The translations under genes and the position numbers were made by a program. From NCBI GenBank assembly GCA_965644295.1, contig CBFFRP010000153.1, positions 62,001 through 126,000 of the forward strand: a DNA stretch of 64,000 nt, written 5' to 3'. Positions 12,969-25,245 of this stretch are shown here, piece after piece (positions within the stretch are counted from its first letter, which is position 1; each line of letters opens with the position of its first letter). The DNA comes from Paraphysomonas bandaiensis (lineage: Eukaryota > Protista > Chrysophyceae). The notes beneath the pieces were generated by a model, which was not told where the DNA came from, made no database searches, and worked only from the letters and a program-made list of their open reading frames with translations.

Positions 12969-14124
12969 CTACGAGTCAAAGAGTTTCTCATCAATTGCGC
13001 TATATATTCCTCGTCGATTGGTGACATCACTCCATTGTGAATAGTATATAGACTTCGACGGAGGCCTCATTCCAGTTGCCCTTAAGAAACAGTATCTCCA
13101 GTACAGATGAGCCGCGACGTATAAGTCTTCACTTAAGGACTTTATCATAGAAGTCATAGTCATTGAGTCGTAATTGAGGTCGTAGAAAAGAGTTTTCCAT
13201 GGTTTACCGTCATTTATAAAGTGGATAACCTGAGGTAGCAAGTATATTACTACGAACTACTTTCATTACTGCATACATGGAGATAATTTTTGCATCATAT
13301 ATCAAGACATGAAGAGTTTCTATCACACGTCTAGATATGGTCATGTATACAGCTACACGGACCTTTATTTTATCCATTCCATACAGGGCCCTATAGTTCT
13401 TATACATTAGATAGTATTGAGCTTCAACATTATACATCCATGGCAGCCGACCACACTTTTCATTATCACTATTTGCCGTAAACCACTCTGGACAGTAGTA
13501 ATTGTTAAGAATTCCCTGGTCGCCCCCCTCAGCAGAACCCATTCTAATACCCCGATCAACTATATATTCAAAGGTGTCGATACTCGGTGTAAGCACCATG
13601 AACCCTGAATTAAAAGTGTCTGGTGGAAAACACTCAGGTGACGCTGCCAATGATGCGTTAGAGTATAGATATAATACATCATCTATAGGCTCAAGAACAA
13701 TGGTATCACTATCCATAAATATAATGCGATCATATTCAACTAACTTCCACGCACTAAACTTTGTACATGTATTCCCCCATCGCTTCATGTCTTGTTGCAA
13801 CCCCTCTGGGTATTGATTTATATCAGGAATACCGGGCTGAAGAGCAGATCTATGTACACATGGAATAGGATCTACCTCAACGATATCCCAGTGTAGCGAT
13901 AACAGGGATCGTTCATCAGTATCAACTTCCGGTGTGACCATAACAACACGTTTCAGCTTCGAGCCGACAACCTTCAAGGATTCTCCAAGGGCAACAGCAC
14001 CATAAGCGTAGCCGGAGTGGTATCCCGTTACGAGGGTAACTATTGCATTCCTCGGCTCGGAAGAAGCGATACTGCTGCATAGAACAAACCCCACAAGAAG
14101 AACAAACACCTCACAGTTAACCAT
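12969..14124 (-). CDS. GT8 glycogenin-like glycosyltransferase with signal peptide, 1 intron
   Basis: Signal peptide, A-x-VTL...YAxGAxALGxSL, TKFxAWxLxEYDRxIFMDSD (DxD), FNSGFMVLTPS, GGDQGILN, LPWMYN; C-terminal exon VIHFINDGKPW. Confidence 0.9.
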
Positions 14125-14611
14125 TATAGAATTAAACACATGGACATCACACGGTGCTCTTAACTATCATCTTCACCTCTAGATCTGGCTGGGCTCGTAG
14201 AGCTGCAATAGCTGCTGCTATACTGTACAGGTAGCTATACCTATACCATATATGCGCACAGAGATGAACTCTCCTCCCTCTGTACATATCATCCGTATAC
14301 ATGACCACAATACGGCGGTATACGACCGTAGTGTGAGTGAAGTGGGAAGTGTGGGGCGGAGGAGTCGGTCCAAGGTCTCTAGGAGATACTCCTCGCTCTG
14401 TGGATACCATCATACCGTATAGCAGTGACAGTATGAGGAAGGGATCACCGATACGAAGTGTGCCACTGGTGACTCCACATGGGTGGTGCATGGGCACACA
14501 CCTATGGACACAAAATGCGCGTATCTTACTTTCATCTACACTGCTCACTGTGTATGGATGATGTCGTGTTGATTATCATTATTATCTTCATAGTGTGATA
14601 GTTATTCGACG

Positions 14612-16160
14612 ATGAGCACAGTGGTTCAACTGGGCAGATCAAACCTCAGCGCATTCTCTCCCACTACACGGGAACGAACTCCGATAATCAGTGAGAGCGA
14701 GGAGGGTGCTGATCGAGATCCCTCGATGTCGAGGTCTCTCTTCATACCTGTTCAAGATGATGATAATGATGCCTCTCCTGTGTCCGACCCCAGCGAACAG
14801 ATCACTTTGAGGACGCTCTTTGTTGGAGAGTTAAGTAGAGAGTGCACTGAGGGTGACTTGCTTGCTCTGTTCTCTCAGTGTGGGGGTGTAGAGGATGTGC
14901 GACTGAAGTACGCGAAAATAACGAAACATCCTCTCGGGTATGGTTTCGTAGAGATGTCTACAGTAAAAGCAGCAGAGATTTGCAAGGAACGCTTAAATGG
15001 TGTGACATTACATGGCAAAGCTATATCCGTTGGGTCTGCTAGTCGCAACAAAAAACTCTTTGTAGGAAATATTGCTCGGGGTTGTGGGTTGAATGAAATT
15101 CTAAGCTTGTTTGAGGAATATGGGGAAATTAATTCAACACAATCTTACTTGGGGTTGTCAGAAAATGGCAGTACTTATGCTGTGGTGGAGTTTTTGCGAC
15201 GTGAAGATGCAGAATCAGCACGGGAGCGTCTACATGGTTTCTGCATTCGTAACTGCACGATGTTTGTAAACTGGGAGCAGTCGATGAGTTCTCGTCACAA
15301 GCTGTCGCCGAAGAAACGAATCTCAACCCCAGACTCAGAGTATACGGAGTTTCCATACTTTAGTGTTCATGTATCTTTCCAGTGTACTCTGGTAAGTGTC
15401 CATGAACACCATACATTTTGTTAAGTGTATGATATTGTGATCATTTACTCTCTAATATATATATCTGATTTTCTCAGCCAGCTATGGATGTTGACGAGAA
15501 GATGCTATATCGTGCCTACAAAAAATTCGGCATAATAACAACAGTAACAATCAAAAGTATCTTTAAAGACTCAAGAACTCGTCGACAGAGTGGATTCGGA
15601 TTTCTTCACTTTGAAACTATTGAGGGAGCTCGCAATGCTGTCTACAGTGGAGGCAGACAAACTATTGATGGCGTTCAATTTATTGCAGAATTTAGCAAGC
15701 ATCTTATTCGTCGCGGAGAGATACCTCCTCCTAAATGTGCTCCTTCCATTGATAAGACACTCTCTCCCTCCTCCATGCATATCTCAGAAGTGATGGATTT
15801 TACCCCTACCGCACTTGTCGCTATAAATTTCCCCCAGTATACCTGCTCACAAGTGCAACCGGTGCAATACCCTCCAGATGTGTACAAGCAGAATGCACCT
15901 TATGCATCGTTTTACTATGTGAGTGATATTGTTATATATGTTGTGATCGTTGCTGAAAAAATATTCTCCAGGACATGAGAATTTCTCCTGATCCTATACC
16001 AACGCATGCGCAGGGTCAACACTACGGACAACTATATCCGTATCCTTACTCATCAACAGTGTGGCCCCCTGACTATTCCATTTACCCAACGTATGCATAC
16101 TCTCCCCATTTCTCTTCGCTACAGCCCCAAATGTATCCGCATTGTCATTACAGTGCGTAG
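14612..16160 (+). CDS. RNA-binding protein with three RRM domains and Pro/Tyr-rich tail, 2 introns
   Basis: RNP motifs LFVGEL/GYGFVEM, LFVGNI/YAVVEF, GFGFLHF in ORFs 14612, 15484 and 15975 joined by GT-AG introns. Confidence 0.85.
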
Positions 16161-16641
16161 AGGTTGTGCGCAATAGTTTCTGTGAAAGATTAACTACGGC
16201 GCTACGGCTTTTTGACTGAAAGCTTCAATGTCATGTGTTGGAAGTGATTTCCTACATATACACTGCAGCTCGTTTTGGTAGTATTATTTATTTTTAATTA
16301 GTTCTATACTCTGAACTGTGTGGTTCGCGGATTTTATATTAACCCATCTTATAAGCTCCACCACTGCTTCAAGAACACAATGATCATTTCAACCTAGAAG
16401 TACTAGTAAATAGAATTGTATTTGTTAAATGGACAACGTAATTTAAATTTGTTGAGTATATATCATAAGCTCATAAAGGATGAAAGGCTCGTCGTCGAAT
16501 ATACTACGTGAAATACGCAGATGATAATAAGATCTATGTGAATATACATTCACTCATTCCTTGAAGTTCTTCATACTAATTATTGCTGCTCTGACATTCC
16601 CTAGTAGGCCCTATAAAATTGTTCAGTCAATTAGTTAATAG

Positions 16642-17446
16642 CAGGGATAGGGAACAATATATTGCAATACTATTGTTAGGTAGCGTTCCATCAATAGTAT
16701 TGATGGATTTTTTAAACCGGCCCTACAATACTATTGCAATATATTGCAATATATTGTACAATATATTGCATCATATTAGTATGACTAATCAGTAAGTAAA
16801 CACATCCGTAGTTTTCATTTTTAGTACTTGCCATATTTTATAAGGTCTAAGGTCACTTGATAATCAAACCCACTACTCTTAACTAATTAAAAGTTTCCTC
16901 ATACTCATCCTCTGAGCCATCATCGGTGACATCATCATGACCATATTCATTCAATATTGATTGAAATATGCTTGCATTCAATATTGATTGAAATATGCTT
17001 GTTCGGGACACCTTCGACCGGACTCCAAAAACAGCGGTAGATGTCCCTACTTTTGTATGCACTCATCATTCAGTTGTCTCTTCTTATCACTATAGGATAT
17101 ATATACTATATTAAGAGAAGTACTGTACATACATGTGGAGAGGTGTAGAGTGCTGTTTGAGCTGGCGATACATAAAAAATAGAAAATAACATCAAAAATA
17201 GGCTTTTTTTCTTATTTTCCGGATATTTGTATACAGAGGCGTATATTTTGCACCATACAGTTAAGGATCTTCTCTTATATGACTATCATAATATTGATTG
17301 CAATATATTGCAATAGTATTGTGAGCTCTATTAACAGAAACACTATTGATGGAATATTTGACCAGTCCACCAATCAATATATTTTACAATATATTGCAAT
17401 ATATTGTACAATATATTGCAATACAATATATTGTTCCCTATCCCTG
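16642..17446 (-). mobile_element. Non-autonomous hAT element (805 bp)
   Basis: TIR cagggatagggaacaatatattg / caatatattgttccctatccctg; perfect 8-bp TSD GTTAATAG (16634-41, 17447-54); repeated CAATATATTG subterminal motifs. Confidence 0.92.
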
Positions 17447-17980
17447 GTTAATAGTAGTGGGCGGCTCAATACCGAACAAATTTACCTAGTGCCGGAACAA
17501 AACCCTCCTCATTTTGTGGGAAATTCTAATCATTGCTTCAGTATGTGTGAATCGTAGTCTGGGAAATTTAATCATTGGTTCAAGTATATTTCAACATTTT
17601 ATTTTGCGCGTGACTATTGAAACGAGACCATGCTCTATGCCCTATGCACTGTATGATGTGATTGATTTTAACACTATTTAATCCTACGCTCCAACAGAGG
17701 CACAGCAAAAAGGATTTTTACGCTAATTACGATAAGCAACTTCTTGTTACCATGGCATGATGGTAACACGTATACTTATTCGGACTGTAATAAACAGGTA
17801 CATATCAGTAAATATTAGGAGTAAAATCTCTGAGTTAGAGTACGTAAAATGCTATTCATTACTGTTAGTTACCGGCAGTATATCATACATCGAAGTACCA
17901 CCAGTGTACAGCTATAAAGCTACGGGATTTAATGACATGCTGTAGGTATTATACCACAGGAGCATTCCCATTTAAGAGAT

Positions 17981-20547
17981 TTAGTAAGATCTTCCCCACA
18001 AAACCCATGTGGTTGCCGGCAAGCCGGAAACAAAGCACTTGGTGCCTTCAGGTAGAGGAGGTTGATCGAAAGGTTTGCATAGCGTTTTACCTGCCGCACT
18101 GGTAGCTGTATTTTCTGCCTCACTCTCTCCAGCTAATGCCTCCTCTCGCGACATTTTCTGTAAACACAACTCGGCATCATGACGGGTGTAGATTCAAGTC
18201 ATGCAAAGGGATAGAAAAATAGCCACAGCAACACCATACAGGTGGGTGTACAGCTGCAGGAAGTATACCTTGACTTTCTCCTCCCATTCAGTCTGGTCGC
18301 AGAAAGGGGTCATCACCAGACAGTGGCGGTTCAGTGCTGGGACAAAATCCTTCCATTCCGTCACAGTTACGATTTTCTCGTCCCGTTCCCGCTTCGATTT
18401 ATTGAAAAGATAATGGTGGATGTCGTCCAGCATTACGGTTATTCTCTCACCCATGCCATCAATACCAACGTCCTCCTTGCTCCCTGTGATACTATATATT
18501 AGTAACAATAATAACAATATAAAAGCATTAGTAATGTAACACGTGATGCGAGTAACCAACTATCTAAGGAGGGAAAAAGTGTAGTAAATGCTTACCATTA
18601 TCTCTGCGTACGAGTCGGCACTGTCTGTTTTGCATGTCCCTCTGGCCAACCTCCAATCGAATCGGTACACCCTTTTGCTCCCAATGGTTGAACTTCCAAC
18701 CAGGGGTATAATTCTACATAAGTGGTTAATCGATCAGGATAGTGTGTACTACTTGTAAATTTGCAGTGAAAATGTACTGCGTGGATGGGGAAAAAACAAA
18801 AAGCAAGCACCGCTCTCGAAACAATGGGTGATAATGTGCGGCTTTACCTGACGACTGTCAATTTCAACTCTCACGCCCGCCGCCTTAATCATGCTCTCGA
18901 TATCTCTCGCATATGCTAGCAACTCCGCATACTGAACGTCTTTCTTTGCAATGGGAAGAATAATTACTTGGATTGGGGCCACACGTGGGGGAAGGACAAG
19001 CCCCTTGTCATCGCCATGAACCATAACTGCCACTCCAATTGTGCGAGTAGTTAATCCCCAAGAAGTCTGCCATGGAATAGCACGTTCACCTCCAGTTTCC
19101 GTTTCAAAAGCTATTTTAAACATTTTGCCAAAGTTTTGGCCAAGGTTATGACTAGTACCTCCTTGTATGGCTCTGCCAGACCCATTGATATAAGCCTCCA
19201 CGGTCGTAGTGTGCATACCCCCAGCAAATTTTTCCATTTCCGTTTTATTACCCTTGATCACTGGGACCGCTAGCAGGTTTTCATAGACCTCCCTGTAGAG
19301 TTCCAAGGCAGTGAGGACCCTAGCCTGGGCCTCCTCGTAGGTCGCATGAGCGGTATGTCCTTCTTGCCAGAGAAATTCACGGGAGCGCAAAAATGGAGTG
19401 GCATCTTTGAATTCCCATCGAACCACATTGCACCACTGATTGAGTTCAAGAGGAAGGTCTCGGTGGGAGCGTATCCATTTGGCGAAAAATGGGTACATAA
19501 TCGTCTCACTCGTCGGACGTACAGCGATTGGTTCGGACAGATCATTAGACCCACTCTTCGTCACCCAGGCGACTTCCGGAGCGAATCCTTCCACATGGTC
19601 GCGCTCAGTATTAAGTGCGCGCTCACTGACAAACATCGGGAAGTAGCAATTCTTGACTCCCCATTCTCTAATCCGGTCATCCATATATCTCTGAATAGTC
19701 TCCCATATGAAGTAAGACCACGGTCGGAGAACATAACATCCAGAAACATCACTGTAGTCAATCATTTCACTAAGAGTAATCGTTTGTGTATACCAGGCAG
19801 AAAAATCTTCTTCTTTAGTGACGGAAAGACCAAGTAAAGTCTCTTTCTTCATGTTCTTGTTGCTCTCCTGCTTCGGTTTGCACTCCTGCTTCGGGTTGCT
19901 CTTCTTGGCTGCTGGAGCATGGGATGGAGCTGCTGGAAGAGCAGTAAAATCGATCACAATCGGATCGTGATTAACATGCTGAGCGTACTTTAGCATGTCG
20001 ACTCCAGAGATGGATGTAGACCGATCATGACGCAACGGGTGTGAGTTGACAACTGCCTCGTCGAGTAGACTCTTGTCGATCACAAACTTCACCACTCCTT
20101 CTGTATCATTTATCAAGGCAAATGGGCCAACAGATCCACGTACAACACCAAGTTTTTCCTGAAGTAATGCTTCATCTCCAAAACGAAAATTCGCCCCCGA
20201 AAGGTTCAACTGATTAGCAAATGATTTGAGATTAACTTCCTGGTTCGACTTCACAGTCACCAGATAAATTCCGTGCTTTTTGTCTTTCAAAAATAAATTC
20301 TTAGTGAATGTACCGGGAATCACTCCAACGAGATTGTTCTGTTCTTCAACGGAGGTCACATGGGGATGAGCGTAGGTCGTGGCCTCCACACCAAGCTGTT
20401 GCAACAAGTCTATGGCAGCATTGCCTGCTTCATTAACTATCTCGCACGTAAACGAACTCATTCGACTAAGTCCGACTGCAAAAGTACTTGTAGGCACAGC
20501 GAGAGCTACAGACAGCAACTACCTGACAGGCGAAGGCTTGGAATCAT
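17981..20547 (-). CDS. proS: Prolyl-tRNA synthetase (eukaryote/archaea type) with N-terminal YbaK/ProX editing domain, multi-exon
   Basis: ProX domain ([30 protein letters not shown]); class II core ([40 protein letters not shown]); C-terminus ...VLWGRSY*. The downstream ATG is at 20461; a spliced upstream ATG is at 20547. Confidence 0.95.
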
Positions 20548-22813
20548 GTGTATGCGGCAGCATCCACACACACTGCACATCCGTATAGCATATACACACA
20601 TCCATACAACACAGAAAAACATTCTTGACAACCACAAGAAACATGTGCTGTAGCCCGTTCAGCTGTTTATGTACGGCAGAAGTACTGCTATAGGCGCCTC
20701 TGTTCAGACGCCTCTGGAAAAAACTGTAGGTTTTATGCAAAACCGCGGATCAAGGTCCCAATGAGGTCAGTACAATACGATACAGTGCTGTGTTGTATTA
20801 ACGGCATGTATCCAACTTCATATTAGAGAATAAGCCTCTGTTGAGTACATTGTGTACACATTGGAGACATAGGTGTAACAACACAGTGAAGAGCATTGTG
20901 ATGACAGTGAGAGTGATCTGTGCATTGTGTTGCTAATATTATTATTGGATGGGATGTATATCATGGAACGAATGAAATAATATATCAATTGATAAAATGG
21001 TGCGGAGGTACTAGTTGTGCATTTCAGTATAGAGCAGTCACAGCCCCCTCGACGAATATTGTGGATCGTTTTTTTAAGGTCACAATGAAGTAAGTGCAAT
21101 ATGATATAGTGCTGTGTTATGGTATACATCCAGCTATATGTGAGAGATGTGTGTCAAGTAATCTGCGTAGTGGTTTTCCAGAGGCCTGTGTTAAGTACAT
21201 TGTATAGACATATGAGAGTGCATACAATGCAATGATGTGCATTGTGTTAACGCTTAGAGCGTGTTCAGTAAAGAGCAGTGTGCTGCCTGTGAGGGAATCT
21301 GTATGATGAAGTTGTTCGTTGTTATGTTAACTAACGTTGTTTACTGAAGCAATGATGAAACATTCTTGTCAGATGCTGTTATTACATTCGTGTTTTATTT
21401 TATTTGCAATTGTGTTTACATTTATTGCAACCGGTGGTTTCGAATAGACGTCGTAAATACTTTGTAAAAGCTTAGTGTATACATTATCTTTCACTCTCTG
21501 TTCGTTGCTCCTAGATATATCTTAGACTATATAGCTATATCCACTAATTTAGATATAGCTTTCTAAGTCATATCCTGCTGTAGTTTTTTTTAATCTAATG
21601 TACCAACCTTCTCACTTTCGTTTTCCAAATAAAATCCACATCGTAACCACCACATAGCAGGAAAAATTGAACCCCATGGGTACTCCATGTAGATGAGAGC
21701 TACGTTCCCGTACATGAACACTTAGGGCTTGTACGGCAGAATAATTGTCGCCACCTAATTTAACTTTCCTGTAGGCCAGAAATCCTTTGGAAACGATTTA
21801 ATCTCGGCATCAATACATTCAAATAGTAATTGGACCGAACTGTACTAAAAAGGCGAAGCTTTTAGCTTTTATACATATGGAGGAGTGTACTTGTCCTCGC
21901 ATTGATGCCAATAGACAGGCACTTATTGATGATAAGTAGTTGGATAGTAATTCCATTGATCTCGAGATCCGAGAAGGGAGAGAAGCAGCAATGCCAATCA
22001 CATCAACTGACCCGAAAGAATCGAAGGTATGACAGATTATTGAATAAACATTGATTGAATGAATAGTTATTTCGTTCGTACTATTTTAGTCTGGCTAATA
22101 GATCGTATACGTCTTCCGGTCGTCATGGATCCACTTCTGCTATTTTTACTTCTTAGTTTTGTCATGTTTTTACATTATTTTCCGTATTAGCTTGACAAGC
22201 ATGACCGCGCTTTTTTAAATTGCTTCATCTGATTTCTGCAGTGCAAATGAGACTGTGTGAACGAGTGCTAAAGCCATACATGAAGATATCGAGTGGCGAC
22301 ATGTGTCTGTTACCCCACAGTTTAAGAGATGTGTTTCCATAGATTTTATCTAGAATTAGATAAGTTTGTATGCATATTCATTGACAATGGACGGGTATCC
22401 AAAGCACATCGCTCTGCTCTCCTGAGACGGAGAGAGGTATGAAACCAGCTGTAGAATTGCTACTTGGTACTTGCGGCATACCAAAGATAGAAAATAAAAG
22501 TTTAGTAAAATTGAATGTTTAGTACATATCATTATTTTATGTACTACAGTCGTCAACAACAGTACTCTTCAACTAAATGTCATAGTTTGAATAGCTTAAA
22601 ATAATACTTTTAATTGGTTACAAAGAAGTAAAATTTTACAAGCTATGGAGGAGTTTATAGGGCAGATATGTAATAAATCGGACGTATTCTTTGTGCACTT
22701 GTACTCCTTGAGCATGGTTGATTACAGAGTATCATTACACTGGAAAGTGCATTGTTGAGCACATGAGTCATATCGCAGAAAACTACTGATTACTGATATA
22801 CTGATATCATATC

Positions 22814-23184
22814 TGTATTACTGGATAATCTGGCAATACACATCTATCAGCGTGGATATCAAACCCGGAATTCTCCAGTAAACTTCTCCAGCCTTAAAGT
22901 CAATATATATATATAATAAGAACATATATATATATATCATCCATCATCATTATCATCATTATGTCTCATTATTGATAATCATGTCTTTCTTTGTCTTTTG
23001 AATGGTTATGTAAATATCAATGATAAGCAGGAATTGTCATAGTCATAATATATCATATATCTTAGTGTGAGTTATGGTAATAATAATAATATTCAAACTA
23101 TGTTTGCACAGATAGTATGTACAAACATAAGCATATACAATAGAGAGCTTGTAGAATAGAATAACCTGATAGCTGGTTATTACA
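22814..23184 (-). mobile_element. Solo LTR (371 bp) with 4-bp TSD
   Basis: TGTA...TACA termini; TSD TATC at 22810-13 and 23185-88; homologous to 6158-6535. Strand is given relative to that copy. Confidence 0.85.
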
Positions 23185-23404
23185 TATCGACACAAGAACA
23201 CTGCTACACTGAGAGCGCGTATACTGGTCAGGACGGTACCTGCGACGTGTTATAGCTATCAACTGCTATTTAAGCCTTAACTAATAAACGCCGACGAACT
23301 ACTACACACATGAGAAAGAGTTTTTTTCTTTCGAATGTCTGGTCATATTATAATAATTAATAAAAATGAACAGTCTAGACACAATGTCCAGCTAGATACA
23401 ACTC

Positions 23405-23750
23405 TTAACGTGCCCTCTGTCTCATCTTCCTGCGCTTGCGGCGGAGACGCCTCATTCTTTTCTTGCGCCATTTTGCACGCATACCACCGTTAACATCTAG
23501 CAGGAGAGTAACAGTGTCAGCTTCCTCCACAACATCAGAGAGGTCACCCACGGAAAGAGGCTTAGTTCCACACACCAAACGCTGCATATCTGTGATAGTG
23601 TAACAGCGAGCAATATATACAGAAGGAAGACTCACCGGCTGGGATGAACTCCACATCTTCAATCTGATTCTTCAGGTCGGAGACTGTGGCACCCTCTTCC
23701 ACCGACACCACGAAGGTGCGGTCCAATGATCGGACGAATATCTGTGGCAT
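23405..23750 (-). CDS. RPL41: Ubiquitin-like domain fused to ribosomal protein eL41 (eS32), 1 intron
   Basis: MPQIFVRSLDRTFVVSV...DLKNQIEDVEFIPA|DMQRLVCGTKPL...LLLDVNGG followed directly by the 25-aa MRAKWRKKRMRRLRRKRRKMRQRAR. Intron 23590-23635 keeps the frame. Confidence 0.93.
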
Positions 23751-23974
23751 CAAAAATACGCTTTCTGGTTGCTCAAAACCTCTAGGCGAGCAGACAGCAG
23801 AAATAGAAAATAACAAGAATATTTGATCTGCTGATATGAATTGTTCTCAATGATGATCACCTTTGTACACTCCTTTACCCATGTTTTAGTTGCGTATCTT
23901 GAATAGTCTCAATTCTAGGTAATTTTTTCAGTCTAATTTGCAAGAAATTTCGATACTTTCTTGTGGGCGAGTTC

Positions 23975-23985
23975 CAGCCAATCAC
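23975..23985. promoter_or_regulatory. CCAAT-box in the short divergent promoter between Ubl-eL41 and bZIP
   Basis: cagccaatcac matches the NF-Y consensus context, ~125 bp upstream of the bZIP ATG. Confidence 0.35.
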
Positions 23986-24106
23986 AGTGTGCCAGCGCAA
24001 TTGACCACATAGATAAAATTTAATTTATTTTATTAGGGTGAGCAGCACTTCATAAGAGTCAGCCACTCGAGCCGGATATCTCTCGATTTCAATCACCTTT
24101 AGCTAC

Positions 24107-24982
24107 ATGACGGACATAGATTTTCCATTTGAAGATAATTTATTGGATTTGTTTGAGTCGTTTCCGGAATGCTGTTTCGATAGCTCCTTGACCACTGAGA
24201 GCTGTAGTGGGTGCGGGTCAGATGGCGAAACATCAACATCATCTGAGTCCGTTACCAGTAGTTTACAGCAGAACTGCTATGCGCATTCAGATAAAGTACA
24301 TTCTCAAATACCACATTTTCCTGAGATCCATCCTCGGGATGAATGGAATGGCCATTCACAGCAAGTGGACTTGAACCGCTTACAATTGCCGGAAAAATCA
24401 TCAACCCTCCTAATACACTCAACAGCAAGCCATGATAGTAAAAGAGTTAAGCGAGAAGAGAGACTTATCAAAAACCGAGAATCGGCGAATAAATCTCGTT
24501 TGAAACGGAAAAATGAGAAAGCAGAAATGGAGGAAGCAATCGCAGATCTACAGAGGCGAGTGAAGGAACTTGAGTTGGAGAACTGTGCTCTGCTTGCCGA
24601 TAACAAATCTTTGAATAGTCAAAACATATTTTTGCGAAGTCTATTAAGTGATCGCGAGAAAGAACTCGTAAAAAGTAAGGAGCATTCGTTCAGGGGAGCC
24701 GTTTCTGGAATGAGTGTTATGTGTCTCGTGTGTGCGTGTAGCTTCTTCAACGACTGGGCTCCTTCTGCGCTCCAGCTTCAGTCCTTATATAAGCCGCACA
24801 GAACGCCTGGTCGTGTCTTGTTATCGGTGGACGAGTATCCTACAGTGAGTCAAACAACTTACTTCGAGAGTGTGGTTGAGTCAAACCCCAGGGCTATGTT
24901 TCATGTTTGCTTGTTGGTGCTCGCGGCATTGTGCTATTATTTTTATGTGTCAAGAAATAAAAAACGCTGTGTTTTACCCTAA
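24107..24982 (+). CDS. bZIP transcription factor with two C-terminal hydrophobic segments
   Basis: Basic region KREERLIKNRESANKSRLKRK plus leucine zipper; hydrophobic AVSGMSVMCLVCACSFF and MFHVCLLVLAALCYYFYV. Confidence 0.9.
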   Translation: MTDIDFPFEDNLLDLFESFPECCFDSSLTTESCSGCGSDGETSTSSESVTSSLQQNCYAHSDKVHSQIPHFPEIHPRDEWNGHSQQVDLNRLQLPEKSSTLLIHSTASHDSKRVKREERLIKNRESANKSRLKRKNEKAEMEEAIADLQRRVKELELENCALLADNKSLNSQNIFLRSLLSDREKELVKSKEHSFRGAVSGMSVMCLVCACSFFNDWAPSALQLQSLYKPHRTPGRVLLSVDEYPTVSQTTYFESVVESNPRAMFHVCLLVLAALCYYFYVSRNKKRCVLP

Positions 24983-25090
24983 TATCTAGTATTGTGACGT
25001 TATTAATATTTAGTGAACCCATTAAATAAGTATAATTTCCAGTTATTCTTGAAGTTTAAGAGATACTTGTAGCATTTTTCTCACGTAAGC

Positions 25091-25191
25091 GAAGTCTGTT
25101 TATTATTAGAAATAGGCGTTTAAGCGTCAGTGCGTAACTCTGATATCGTACTATTTAACGCTATTAAAGCTGCGTGTGCGTCACCGCAAGT
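25091..25191. repeat. Lone truncated arm of the inverted-arm family
   Basis: gtctg..ttattagaaataggcg...taactctgatatc.tactatttaacgcta..aaagctgc.tgtgcgtcaccgcaag matches the arm consensus. Confidence 0.75.
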
Positions 25192-25245
25192 ACGATATAT
25201 ATTTTATATATAAATACACGAGAAAGATCATTTATTCTCAGAATA

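Noticed and set aside
16642-17446. Repeated CAATATATTG units as a CRISPR-like array
   Set aside because: Irregular subterminal transposase-binding repeats of a hAT element in eukaryotic DNA; no spacers or cas genes.
19346-19837. Antisense ORFs over ProRS, Copia, TRAF, MFS and STAND genes
   Set aside because: Shadow frames of real coding sequence with no independent motifs.
20833-21250. Degenerate ~70-100 bp direct repeat (20833 vs 21183)
   Set aside because: Too diverged, with no TG..CA ends or TSD to call an LTR.
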